A stretch of 57,126 bases of DNA from positions 1 to 57,126 of the IMG/VR virus record IMGVR_UViG_3300033180_000002, one strand, 5' to 3'. Shown one piece after another: positions 14,820 through 23,014 of this stretch. The notes beneath the pieces were generated by a model. That model had not been told where the DNA came from. It did not search any database and saw only the letters and a program-made list of their open reading frames with translations. The DNA is from a virus. The translations under genes were made by a program, and so were the position numbers. Within the stretch, counting starts at the first letter, position 1, and every line of letters begins with the position of its first letter.

Positions 14820-15598
14820 TCGGGCAGCGCGGTGGTGCGACGGCGCTGGTTGTACAGGTTGGTGATGACCCGGGCGACCTGCTTGGACAGGTTGCCGGTA
14901 CGGGTGAGCTGCTGACCTCGGGCGTTGCCGACCAGTCCATCCGGGCCGCCGGGGACGCTGGCCAGCCGCTTCGCCAGGTCGTCCAGGTCAACATCGCGAC
15001 CGTACCTGGCGAGCATCCGGCCCAGGCCCTCCACCAGGGAACCCTGCACAGCGGCGGCGCGGTGGCCGAACGCGACGGTGAGCACGGCCAGGGTTCCGTC
15101 TGCTGCTTCGGGCGCCAAGGCGTAGACGCGTTCCAGGCTGCCGATGGCGGACAGCCGGGCCTCAACGGCTCCGCTGCCGACCGTCCAGCCGTGGTCGGCC
15201 AGGAACCCGGCCAGGCGCGTAGCGTCGGGGTTCTGCTCAACGCAGGCGATGAGGAACTGGTCGATGCGGGAGACCTTCTCGGTGGCATTGAGCAGCCGGA
15301 ACAGTGCGGCCTCTTCGGGGATGGCCAGCCCGTGGTACTCCATCGTCTGGATGGTGCCGGTGTGCGCGGCGGCCTCGGCGGCACGGTAGCGGTGCTGCCC
15401 GTCGATGACGTGGATCCGCTTCGGGGAGCGGTAGGAGGTGGTCAGCACGCCGAGCGCGTCGGGCCGGAAGTTGCCCGCCATGGCGTTGACGCGGGACTTC
15501 TTCAGGCTGCGCTGGACGTTGGGGTCGACCCACAGGTCCCCCACCTTGCGTTCGACCATCTCGTACGTGACGCGGTCGGTCGGCCTCGGGTTGCTCAT
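14810..15598 (-). CDS. ParB/Srx-like nuclease-domain protein
   Basis: Contains the VIDGQHRYRAAE motif preceded by VDPNVQRSL, which is typical of the ParB-like N-terminal domain. Confidence 0.65.
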   Translation of the reverse strand: MSNPRPTDRVTYEMVERKVGDLWVDPNVQRSLKKSRVNAMAGNFRPDALGVLTTSYRSPKRIHVIDGQHRYRAAEAAAHTGTIQTMEYHGLAIPEEAALFRLLNATEKVSRIDQFLIACVEQNPDATRLAGFLADHGWTVGSGAVEARLSAIGSLERVYALAPEAADGTLAVLTVAFGHRAAAVQGSLVEGLGRMLARYGRDVDLDDLAKRLASVPGGPDGLVGNARGQQLTRTGNLSKQVARVITNLYNQRRRTTALPEWS

Positions 15599-16482
15599 GA
15601 CGGGTTGCTCTCTTTCATCTGCTTGATGATCTTCTCCAGCTCACGGCGTACGGCCATGAGGCGGGTGTGTACCGGCCCGACCTGCTCCCAGGTCAGCTCG
15701 GCGTTGGGCGGGCCCAACTCGACGAGCCCGGCCACCAGCCCCTCCATCTGAGGCAGGGACCTGTGCCATGCGGTCCGCTGACGGGCGGCGGGGGCTGCTT
15801 CGGCAGTCTCGACCGGCCGTGGCCGCGTCACGGTGGTGCGGACACCCCTCAGCCGCTGATAGTTGGCCCAGACGTTGCCGCTCTCGTCGATGCCGCGCAT
15901 GACCTCACGGGCCAGCTCGCGCTTATCGTCCGGCACATCCGTGGCGCCGTAGCCGGTGTGGTAGACGACTTCGATGCGCCGGGCGGTGGCGGCGGAGATG
16001 TCGAACGGCTCGCAGATGACGCCAAGCACGTAGTCGTCGGTGCGGCTGCTCGACCGGCCCGGCTTGCGCTTGCCGGTCTGCGTCTGCTTGCGCAGCTCCA
16101 CACCCCGGCGCCGGGACGCATCAGCGCGCTTGGCGGCGGCGGGGGCGTCCAGGCGGCGCAGAACCTCCCACAGGCGGCAAACCTCGCTCCACTTCAGTGG
16201 CACGGAGAGGTGGTCGTCCTCGCCGTCGGCGAGCAACTGCTTCGCGGCATCTTCGATGTTGTCCACGAAGACGGCCTGGATCCGGGGCCTCTCCAGCAGC
16301 AGGTGCGCGAACAGCCGTCGGCTGCCGGAGATGAGGGTTCCGTCTCGCCAGAGGGTGATCGGGCGGCGCAGTCCGTCGTCGCGGATGCTGGCGAGCAGGG
16401 CGGCGCAACTGCCGTAGCTCTCGCGCGTGCGCGGAATGCGTATCGCCTCGGTCCGCACCGTGCGCTCGGACGGCTCCGTCAT
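15595..16482 (-). CDS. second ParB-like domain protein (295 aa)
   Basis: The real part of ORF 15595..16887 starts at ATG 16482 (MTEPSERTV...). It contains LASIRDDGLRRPITLWRDGTLISGSRRLFAHL, a ParB N-domain pattern. It has an ATGA overlap with the upstream gene. Confidence 0.6.
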   Translation of the reverse strand: MTEPSERTVRTEAIRIPRTRESYGSCAALLASIRDDGLRRPITLWRDGTLISGSRRLFAHLLLERPRIQAVFVDNIEDAAKQLLADGEDDHLSVPLKWSEVCRLWEVLRRLDAPAAAKRADASRRRGVELRKQTQTGKRKPGRSSSRTDDYVLGVICEPFDISAATARRIEVVYHTGYGATDVPDDKRELAREVMRGIDESGNVWANYQRLRGVRTTVTRPRPVETAEAAPAARQRTAWHRSLPQMEGLVAGLVELGPPNAELTWEQVGPVHTRLMAVRRELEKIIKQMKESNPS

Positions 16483-16868
16483 CGGATCGCGGCCATCTCG
16501 CGGGTATCCGGCTCCAGCACGCCGATGCGCTGCTCGAATTCTGTCAACGGCTGATGCCAGCTGGGTGCGATGAAGGCGGGCTGGGCGGCAACGAGGGCGG
16601 CGTAATCCCGGGTGAGCCGTTCGGCGGTGGCGGCTGCCCAGTCGTACCGGTACGGCTCGGCGACGAGGCCGAGACGGTGACGGCCGGGCGCCTTGGCGGG
16701 AGCCACAGCCCAGAGACTCGGGGCGTCGGTGTGCAGGAAGCGGTCGACGGCGTACAGGAAGACGGCCAGGGCGACCATGAAGGCCAGGGCCAGGGGCAGT
16801 GGAAGTACAACCGGGTCGAGCATCTTCGGTTCCTCCTCGGTGGTCTTGAACGGCTCCATCATGCACAC
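16479..16868 (-). CDS. membrane protein (first gene of the minus-strand series)
   Basis: Contains a hydrophobic helix (PVVLPLPLALAFMVALAVFLYAV). The start may instead be the internal MLDPVV. Confidence 0.5.
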   Translation of the reverse strand: MCMMEPFKTTEEEPKMLDPVVLPLPLALAFMVALAVFLYAVDRFLHTDAPSLWAVAPAKAPGRHRLGLVAEPYRYDWAAATAERLTRDYAALVAAQPAFIAPSWHQPLTEFEQRIGVLEPDTREMAAIR

Positions 16869-16877
16869 GCCCGGCGC

Positions 16878-16960
16878 CCGCTGTCAACCAAGACTCTACA
16901 GAGCACGTCAGGCCGGGTGTTGACCATGGCTGGCGGGAGATCGGTACTGTATGCTGCTAA
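16878..16960. promoter_or_regulatory. divergent promoter region between the minus-strand and plus-strand blocks
   Basis: The inverted -35-like hexamers GTCAAC (reading TTGACA on the minus strand) and TTGACC are about 30 nt apart. A TATGCT box at 16950 resembles the -10 of the conserved promoters. Confidence 0.4.
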
Positions 16961-16995
16961 CTGACGGACACCCGGCACAGAGGTGAGGAACAGAT

Positions 16996-17337
16996 ATGCC
17001 CAGTTATAAAACGATGTGGCAGGAGGCGAGCCAGGAGATCGACCGGCTGACAGCCGAGATCAGGAGGTTGAAGAACGCCATCCTGACCGGACCCGACGAC
17101 ACCCTGCGCGAGCTGGAGCGGACCCGGCAGATCGTGGACCTGGCCGGTATCGCCCGGCACATGCGCGTCGAGCGGTTCACCCCGCAGCAGTGGAAGCAGC
17201 GCGACCACCTGCCCCCGGTGGACTTCCCCGAGATCAAGGAACCGCTCTGGTACGCCTCCACGATCCGGGAGCAGTTCGCCAAGCGGACGCAGCGGGTCTG
17301 GTACGACCACCCCGAGGAGCTGTCACCCGCAGCCTGA
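16996..17337 (+). CDS. HTH DNA-binding protein (excisionase/MerR-like), first early gene
   Basis: An N-terminal coiled coil is followed by VDLAGIARHMRVERFTPQQWKQR...PLWYASTI, which resembles an Xis/AlpA-type HTH. The ribosome-binding site is GAGGTGAGGA. Confidence 0.45.
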   Translation: MPSYKTMWQEASQEIDRLTAEIRRLKNAILTGPDDTLRELERTRQIVDLAGIARHMRVERFTPQQWKQRDHLPPVDFPEIKEPLWYASTIREQFAKRTQRVWYDHPEELSPAA

Positions 17338-17485
17338 CGGGGTGTAGAAATAGAGCAACGCCCCGGGCTGGCTGGCCCGAGGCGTTGAAATGCTCTCAAC
17401 TCGTACTCGTCGTCACCCCGGAGTCTACCGACGCCATACAGGCGCGGCAACTCCCGAGGGTGCCCTATCTGAAAAGGGTCACCTT

Positions 17486-18271
17486 TTGACAATCACCATC
17501 AGGCGCGGTCCGCTGCCGACCGACCACTTCACGATCATCTCTAACGCCTGGGTGCGGGACGACTCGCTGTCCTGGGCGGCGCGCGGCTTGCTGGCTTGGA
17601 TGCAGAGCCACGCCGACGGCTACCCGATCACCGAAGAGGGGATCATCGCGGCGGGGCCCGGAGAACGCGCGGCCGTACGGACCATGACCCGCGCCCTTGA
17701 AGAGGCCGGGTATCTGCGCCGCGAACGGACCCCCATCGTCACTGGCGGATCGAGCGTCAGCTACGTACTGACTGACCCCCGAGAGGGCGAAAACAGCCCC
17801 CTCGGGAACGGCGGAAAAACGCCCCCTCGGTCTGACCAGGGAGAACAGGACGTTTCCGCAGGTAAACCGAACGGCGGAAAAACGCCCCCTCGTTCCTCTC
17901 TAGAAGACCAGAAGAAAACTAAGACTCCTTCGGAGTCTTCACGCGCGACGAGAGTCCCCCCGAACTTCATGCCCGACGAGCAGATGCGGACCTGGTTCGC
18001 CGGTGAGCAGTTGGCGGCAGTGATCGACGGGAAGCGCGAGCACGAGAAGTTCATGGACTACTGGTTGGGCTGCCCCGGCGTGAAGGCCCGCAAGGTGGAC
18101 TGGCCTGCCACGTGGCGCAACTGGATGCGCACGGCGGCCGAGAGGGCTCCCCGGCGGCCCGGCAACGGCCTGGTCCCGACGTCCGGTGCGCCGTACCGGC
18201 CGAGCACGACTGATCAGCGAGTCGGGCAAGCGCTCGACATCGCCCGCAAGTACGAGGAGCAGGGACTGTGA
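17486..18271 (+). CDS. putative replication initiator / replisome organiser (winged-helix N-domain)
   Basis: Contains FTIISNAWVRDDSLSWAARGLLAWMQSH...ALEEAGYLRRE. The region upstream of the TTG at 17486 has poor codon bias, so I prefer that start over the ORF-track start at 17390. The gene contains direct DNA repeats. Confidence 0.45.
   Translation: MTITIRRGPLPTDHFTIISNAWVRDDSLSWAARGLLAWMQSHADGYPITEEGIIAAGPGERAAVRTMTRALEEAGYLRRERTPIVTGGSSVSYVLTDPREGENSPLGNGGKTPPRSDQGEQDVSAGKPNGGKTPPRSSLEDQKKTKTPSESSRATRVPPNFMPDEQMRTWFAGEQLAAVIDGKREHEKFMDYWLGCPGVKARKVDWPATWRNWMRTAAERAPRRPGNGLVPTSGAPYRPSTTDQRVGQALDIARKYEEQGL
17787..17895 (+). repeat. three direct repeats GCG(G)AAAAC(A/G)(G)CCCCCTCG (iteron-like) inside the initiator-like gene
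   Basis: The copies are at 17787-17806, 17807-17832 and 17870-17895. The last two share 24 of 26 nt (aacggcggaaaaacgccccctcg) and are 63 bp apart. Confidence 0.7.
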
Positions 18272-18813
18272 ACCTTTCCGAGACTGCACGCCTTCTGGGC
18301 GCCATGGCAGCGTTTGACCGCCGGACCGTCGGCGACGGTGACGTGATCGCCTGGCAGGCCGTCCTTCCCGATGCGGCTTTTGAGGATTGCCTGGAGGCCG
18401 TCAAGGACCACTACGCCGAGCAGACCGACTGGATGATGCCCGCGCATGTCCGGCGCGCAGTCCGGGACATCGTGGCGGCGCGCAATGTCTCCCCGTGGGC
18501 GCCCGGCCAGTACGGCACGCCTCGGGATGAAGCGGAGCCGGAGGTGACCACCGGCGGGCGGCTGGCTTTGAGCGATCTTCCGGCGGCCGTGGCCGAGCTG
18601 GTGGCCCGCGTACGGGCCGACCTGCCGGAGGGCTCCAGGGAGGCGCTGATGCCCCGCACGGTGGCTTGGGAGCGGGAGCACGCCGCGTTCCGGCGGCAGC
18701 AGGACGCCGAGCCGAACCCGCGCTACCAGCCGAGGGTGGTCGAGTGCGCCGACCCGGAGAACTGCTACGCGGTGAATCACGCGCACAACTACCCGGAGGA
18801 GGACGCCAGGTGA
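18268..18813 (+). CDS. hypothetical protein (181 aa)
   Basis: ORF track entry. It overlaps the upstream stop. Confidence 0.6.
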   Translation: MNLSETARLLGAMAAFDRRTVGDGDVIAWQAVLPDAAFEDCLEAVKDHYAEQTDWMMPAHVRRAVRDIVAARNVSPWAPGQYGTPRDEAEPEVTTGGRLALSDLPAAVAELVARVRADLPEGSREALMPRTVAWEREHAAFRRQQDAEPNPRYQPRVVECADPENCYAVNHAHNYPEEDAR

Positions 18814-18989
18814 AGGTCACCGTCTATTACCTGATCGATGGCCTCGTCCAGCGGCAGTCCCACCGGGGTAGGAAGATTCGCGTGCACATCCACGACGACG
18901 CCGGGGCGCACAAGCGCGGCTATGTCCGCGTAGGCAGCGTCGAACACCTCTACGGCAGCGTCATCAAGATCAGAAGGAACAGGAAGTGA
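18810..18989 (+). CDS. hypothetical protein (59 aa)
   Basis: The GTG overlaps the previous stop as GTGA. Translation gives VKVTVYYLIDGLVQRQSHRGRKIRVHIHDD..., which is mostly GC3-rich. Confidence 0.4.
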   Translation: MKVTVYYLIDGLVQRQSHRGRKIRVHIHDDAGAHKRGYVRVGSVEHLYGSVIKIRRNRK

Positions 18990-18992
18990 TGG

Positions 18993-19032
18993 TTGACGGG
19001 TGGCGCCCCTCGTGTATGCTGTGCGTAGACAG
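18993..19032 (+). promoter_or_regulatory. promoter TTGACG-N16-TATGCT plus the conserved leader box GTGCGTAGACAG
   Basis: The 22-mer cgtgtatgctgtgcgtagacag (19011-19032) is identical to 47467-47488. It lies about 20 nt upstream of the ERF gene's ribosome-binding site. Confidence 0.55.
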
Positions 19033-19052
19033 TCCACCAGGAAGGTACGCAC

Positions 19053-20012
19053 ATGACAGAGACCGCAACCCCGAAGGTCTGGGACAACGGAACCGCCCCG
19101 CACATCAGCCTCGCCGAGGCGCTGGCCGCATTCCAATCCGAGCTGCCCAAGCTGCTCAAGGACGAGAAGGCCAAGGTCAAGGGTGAGACGAAGGACGGAC
19201 GCAGTTACGACCGCTCCTACGGCTACGCCGACCTGGCCCAGGTTGTCGAGACGGTGCTACCGGCACTCGGCAAACACGGCCTGTCCGTGACCTCGAAGAG
19301 CGTCCTTGACCCGACCGGCGGCTTCATCCTGGAGGTGTCGCTGCTGCACGAGGCCGGGGAGCGGGAGACCGGCTTCTGGCCGCTGCCCGACCCGCGCCGG
19401 TCCGGCCCGCAGGACATCGGATCGGCGATGACGTACGGCCGCCGCTACCTGACCCTGGCCCTGTCCGGCACCTACCCCGGCGGCGAGGACGACGACGGAC
19501 AGAAGGCGCAGGCGTCGGCGCGGGAGAGCTGGGACGACGCCCGGCCCCGGACGGAGCAGGCGTTCGACCAGCACCGCCGGGGCGTCAACGCTGATGGGCC
19601 GCAGGAGCCGCCGAAGCCGCCGAAGACCTCCTGGACCGACACCGAGGTCCGCACCCAGCATGACAAGCTGGCGACCCTGGAGCTGGACAAGACGGTCAAG
19701 CTGTACGACTGGATGGCCGGGAAGAGCCTGCACAACCGCAAGGTCTCCGACCCGGGCGCCGACCCCGCCCTGCCGCCGCGTAGCGCGACGGATGTTCTGG
19801 CCGGACGGCTGGGAGACGAGGCCCTGGCCCCCGACAACTCCGTCAGCGGCATCGAGGGCCTGAAGGTCATAGCCGAGGCCCGGGGTCTCCTGAAGATTCA
19901 GGTGTCCGACACGGAAACCCTGGACCAGGTGCTGTACGAGGCCCGAGAGCTGGCCGTGCACGCGGCGACCGAGCAGGCCAAGCGCACCACCCCGGACCCG
20001 CAGGCGCAGTGA
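19053..20012 (+). CDS. ERF-family single-strand annealing recombinase
   Basis: Contains YGYADLAQVVETVLPALGKHGLSV and IGSAMTYGRRYLTLALSG, which are typical ERF motifs. Confidence 0.7.
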   Translation: MTETATPKVWDNGTAPHISLAEALAAFQSELPKLLKDEKAKVKGETKDGRSYDRSYGYADLAQVVETVLPALGKHGLSVTSKSVLDPTGGFILEVSLLHEAGERETGFWPLPDPRRSGPQDIGSAMTYGRRYLTLALSGTYPGGEDDDGQKAQASARESWDDARPRTEQAFDQHRRGVNADGPQEPPKPPKTSWTDTEVRTQHDKLATLELDKTVKLYDWMAGKSLHNRKVSDPGADPALPPRSATDVLAGRLGDEALAPDNSVSGIEGLKVIAEARGLLKIQVSDTETLDQVLYEARELAVHAATEQAKRTTPDPQAQ

Positions 20013-20224
20013 TGAAGGCCAGCTCGGCGCTGTGCCGGACGTTCGAGCGGGCCGGGTTCACCCTGGTCCGCTCGAACAAGCACCAGATCTGGCGCTGCCC
20101 CTGCGGGCACACCCAGGTCACATCCCCCGCCACGCCCGGCAAGGGCCGGTCGGTGGAGAACATGCGAGCCGAGATCACCCGCACACTGCGCATCTGCAAC
20201 CAACCGATGGAGGAGTGCGCGTGA
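20009..20224 (+). CDS. HicA-like small protein
   Basis: The pattern L..FERAGFTLVRSNKHQIW....G...VTSP is HicA-fold-like. Confidence 0.4.
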   Translation: MMKASSALCRTFERAGFTLVRSNKHQIWRCPCGHTQVTSPATPGKGRSVENMRAEITRTLRICNQPMEECA

Positions 20225-20400
20225 CGTCCGAGAAGGAAGGTCCGCTGAAGCGCCTTGCCAAGGCGCTAGGTCTGGGCAAGGCCACCGGCGGCAGTCGCAT
20301 CCCCTACGAGGGCTGCTGGGCGTGCTCGCTGGGCAAGCACGGACAGATGTTCGACAACGCCTGCACCTGTTGCAGGAACAACCACACCGGATTGCGCTGA
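20221..20400 (+). CDS. Cys-rich small protein (59 aa)
   Basis: It has a GTGA overlap with the previous stop. Translation gives ...YEGCWACSLGKHGQMFDNACTCCRNNH. Confidence 0.4.
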   Translation: MTSEKEGPLKRLAKALGLGKATGGSRIPYEGCWACSLGKHGQMFDNACTCCRNNHTGLR

Positions 20401-20409
20401 GGAGCAGGC

Positions 20410-20940
20410 ATGACAGACGACATCCCCGAGGCCGCCGTGATCGGCAACTCGCCGGGACTGACGGACGCGGAGAAGCTGGCCGCACTGGAGACATACCTGA
20501 AGGTGCTGGACCCGCTGGCCAAGGCGCTGCGGGTGAAGGTGACCGAGGACATGGGGGTGCGGCGCGTGGAGCGCGTCGGTGCCTACCTGCCCGACGGCAC
20601 CAAGCTGGCCTCAGTGGGCTACTCGGGCGGCCGGACCACCGCGAAGGTGACCGACCCGGAGGCGGCCCTGAAGTGGTGCCTCAAGCAGTACCCCGACGAG
20701 ATCGTGAAGGCGATCAACCCCGCCTTCCTGAAGGCGCTCACGGACTACGCGAAGAAGGTCGGGAACGTCGGGGAGCCCGGCGTGGACCCGCGCACCGGCG
20801 AGGTGCTGGACTTCATCGAGGTCGTCCAGGGCAGCCCGTACGTCACCGTCACCACCACAGAGCCGGGCGTCGACCGCATGGCTGGCCTCGCTGGCGGCTT
20901 CGTGGCAATGCTGGAGGGGGCGCCAGAGGATCGGATCTAG
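20410..20940 (+). CDS. hypothetical protein (176 aa)
   Basis: ORF track entry with clean protein-like sequence. Confidence 0.6.
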   Translation: MTDDIPEAAVIGNSPGLTDAEKLAALETYLKVLDPLAKALRVKVTEDMGVRRVERVGAYLPDGTKLASVGYSGGRTTAKVTDPEAALKWCLKQYPDEIVKAINPAFLKALTDYAKKVGNVGEPGVDPRTGEVLDFIEVVQGSPYVTVTTTEPGVDRMAGLAGGFVAMLEGAPEDRI

Positions 20941-21020
20941 CGGAGTCCGGGCGGGCCGCTCCAACTGCGGCGGCCCCCCGGTCTGCGGCCCGGCCCGGCG
21001 GGTTCCGCGCACCGGGGTTC

Positions 21021-21112
21021 GGGCCTGTAGCTCAACGGCAGAGCGCGTCATCCCACCGGGCATCACCCGGGTTCGGCAAGACGAGGCGCGGGTTCGACTC
21101 CCGCCAGGACCA
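21021..21112 (+). ncRNA. tRNA-like RNA (92 nt) with an expanded, irregular anticodon arm
   Basis: Hand fold: GGGCCTG TA GCTC AACGGCA GAGC G [42 nt: CGTC A TCCCA CCGGG CATCA CCCGG GTTCGGCAA GACG AGGC] GCGGG TTCGACT CCCGC CAGGACC A. It has a G3:A70 mismatch. Confidence 0.55.
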
Positions 21113-21236
21113 CGCACAGACCCCCGACCTATCCAGGCCGGATGACCCGGGGGTTTCTCAGCCGACGCCGGTTCGGGTGCACACCGGCACGGGCGGCCTG
21201 GAAGGCGACATCCAGGCCGCCCGCCATCCCGAAGTC

Positions 21237-21246
21237 GTTTTTGATC
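21237..21246 (-). repeat. AT-rich motif copy (GATCAAAAAC)
   Basis: Context CATGATCAAAAACGA; intergenic, overlapping the ribosome-binding region of the Ltp-like gene. Confidence 0.8.
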
Positions 21247-21260
21247 ATGGAGGAGAAGAT

Positions 21261-21749
21261 ATGAGCAAGATCCGCACCCTGGCCGTGGTCGGCGCGGCAG
21301 TACTCGCCCTGGCTGCCGGGGTTGCCTGCGGCGGCGGCGCCACCCCGACGCCCGGCCCCACCAGCATCCCGACTCAGCCCACCACCACCCGGCCCACTAC
21401 CGCACCGACGAGCCGCCCGCCGGTCTCCTCCGCCCCGCCGGTCAGCGTGGAGCAGCGCAACGCCGCACGGGACGCACAGAGCTACCTGAACATGGAGGGC
21501 TTCTCCCGTAAGGGCCTGATCCACCAGCTCTCCTCGGATTCGGGGGACGGCTACACGGTCAAGGCCGCAACGGCAGCCGTCGACTCGCTGCACATCGACT
21601 ACAACGAGCAGGCCGCCCGTGCGGCCAAGGGCTACCTGGAGATGCAGCCGTTCTCCCGCAGCGGGCTCATCCACCAGCTGGAGGCCAGCGCGGGCGACGG
21701 GTTCACGCACTCCCAGGCCGTCTACGGCGTCACCAAGGCCGGACTCTGA
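21261..21749 (+). CDS. Ltp-like surface lipoprotein (superinfection-exclusion type), two Ltp repeats
   Basis: The signal peptide plus lipobox is LALAAGVAC. The two repeats are AQSYLNMEGFSRKGLIHQLSS and AKGYLEMQPFSRSGLIHQLEA. The ribosome-binding site is GGAGGAG. Confidence 0.65.
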   Translation: MSKIRTLAVVGAAVLALAAGVACGGGATPTPGPTSIPTQPTTTRPTTAPTSRPPVSSAPPVSVEQRNAARDAQSYLNMEGFSRKGLIHQLSSDSGDGYTVKAATAAVDSLHIDYNEQAARAAKGYLEMQPFSRSGLIHQLEASAGDGFTHSQAVYGVTKAGL

Positions 21750-21919
21750 TGGCCGTCGAGGACAAGCTGCGCCCCGCTGAACGTCTCAGGCTCGAAGCGC
21801 TCGCGCAGGCGATCGTGGCGAGCGGCGCCGCAGCCGGTCGGGTCTCGGCTAGCGGAGACATCCTCCGACGCGCCAAGGCGTTCGAGGAGTACATCGTCTC
21901 GGGCGAAGTTTCCCGTTGA
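21749..21919 (+). CDS. hypothetical small protein (56 aa)
   Basis: Hand translation gives MAVEDKLRPAERLRLEALAQAIVASGAAAGRVSASGDILRRAKAFEEYIVSGEVSR*. The ATG overlaps the upstream TGA. Confidence 0.4.
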   Translation: MAVEDKLRPAERLRLEALAQAIVASGAAAGRVSASGDILRRAKAFEEYIVSGEVSR

Positions 21920-22011
21920 GCGGCGCGGCCCTGCTGGTGATGGTCGTCTGCATTCCGGGCATCGTTGCGGCGGTCGGGCGGGTCGGGCGGTACTGGCCGT
22001 AGCCTGATCGC

Positions 22012-22302
22012 ATGCAGCTTGCGCAGCTCGCCCGCGACCTCGGGTACGCCATCCGCTCCTCCTTCGCCGTCACCCCGAAAGGTGCGGCGGGGGAGGCGCG
22101 GCTGGACGCTTACTGGACCTCCGGGGAGGGCGCGGCGAAGATTCGATGGGCCGAGCCGTGCGCGTTCTGCCGCTGCCTGGACCATCTGGGCAAGTACGTC
22201 AACCCGAAGCAGGTCAAGGGGCACTGCGCGAACCTGGAGAAGCGGGCCACCGGCCACTTCCCGAACCCTCAGCACAGCAAGACCAAGCACTGCCCCTGCT
22301 GA
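22012..22302 (+). CDS. hypothetical Cys/His-rich protein (96 aa)
   Basis: ORF track entry. It contains GEGAAKIRWAEPCAFCRCLDHLGKYVNPKQVKGHCANLEKRATG. Confidence 0.5.
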   Translation: MQLAQLARDLGYAIRSSFAVTPKGAAGEARLDAYWTSGEGAAKIRWAEPCAFCRCLDHLGKYVNPKQVKGHCANLEKRATGHFPNPQHSKTKHCPC

Positions 22303-22338
22303 CATCCCTGGGTGTACGCTGGTGGCATACAGGAGGAG

Positions 22339-22548
22339 ATGGACAGGATGGACACCACCAGGCGCATCCAGATCTACGGGCGGAAGATCACCAGCCGCCA
22401 GCGCCGCAGGCTGATCAAGAAGGCCGGACGTGACCCGCACGCCATCGTCACCCGCGATGACGGCATGGGCTACCCGCCCGCCATGCAGGGATACAAAGAG
22501 CTGATCAGCTTCCGGCGCCCCGAGCCCGGCGCACCCGAGCCGTCCTGA
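22339..22548 (+). CDS. hypothetical basic protein (69 aa)
   Basis: The ATG at 22339 is preceded by AGGAGGAG (MDRMDTTRRIQIYGRK...). Confidence 0.5.
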   Translation: MDRMDTTRRIQIYGRKITSRQRRRLIKKAGRDPHAIVTRDDGMGYPPAMQGYKELISFRRPEPGAPEPS

Positions 22549-22549
22549 C

Positions 22550-23014
22550 ATGACGTTCGAGGCGGCTAAAGCCCTCGCGCAGGCCCGCTCATACGGGGCC
22601 TGCGAGGGCTGCCGCGCGTTCACGGCCCTCGACCCGCACCACCGGATGACACGCGGCTCTGGGGGCGTACACAGGGCCGCGTCGGACGTGTCGAACGATC
22701 CCCGCAACCTGCTGATGTTGTGCCGGTCCTGCCATGATCGGACGCTGAACGATGCGGGCCCGTGTATCGAGATCGGCTGGGTGATCGAACGCCGCGCCGG
22801 GGTCGACCCGCGCGAGGTCCCGGCGAAGATCCACACCGTGAACGGGTACGGCTGGTGGTATCTGACCGAGGAGGGCGGCTATCGATGGGCCGACGCCCTG
22901 AATCTGGATCTCAACTACAAGATCGAAAACAACTCGACCGAGTGCTGCTCGGATGCGACCTGCCGGTGTGAGCCCGGCGAATGCTACTGCGAGGAGAAGG
23001 AAGAAACCGCATGA
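22550..23014 (+). CDS. HNH endonuclease
   Basis: Contains CEGCRAF...LDPHHRMTRGSGG...NLLMLCRSCHDR, the HNH/zinc-finger core. The C-terminal tail is Cys-rich. Confidence 0.7.
   Translation: MTFEAAKALAQARSYGACEGCRAFTALDPHHRMTRGSGGVHRAASDVSNDPRNLLMLCRSCHDRTLNDAGPCIEIGWVIERRAGVDPREVPAKIHTVNGYGWWYLTEEGGYRWADALNLDLNYKIENNSTECCSDATCRCEPGECYCEEKEETA
22921..22930 (+). repeat. AT-rich motif copy (GATCGAAAAC)
   Basis: Context CAAGATCGAAAACAA; within the HNH gene in sense, read K-I-E-N. Confidence 0.8.

Noticed and set aside
20322-21260. The upstream 313 codons of the 475-aa plus-strand ORF 20322..21749.
   Set aside because: This part runs through the well-supported gene 20410..20940 in another frame and through the tRNA-like locus. 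Only the last 162 codons (the Ltp-like lipoprotein with its own ribosome-binding site) are credible.
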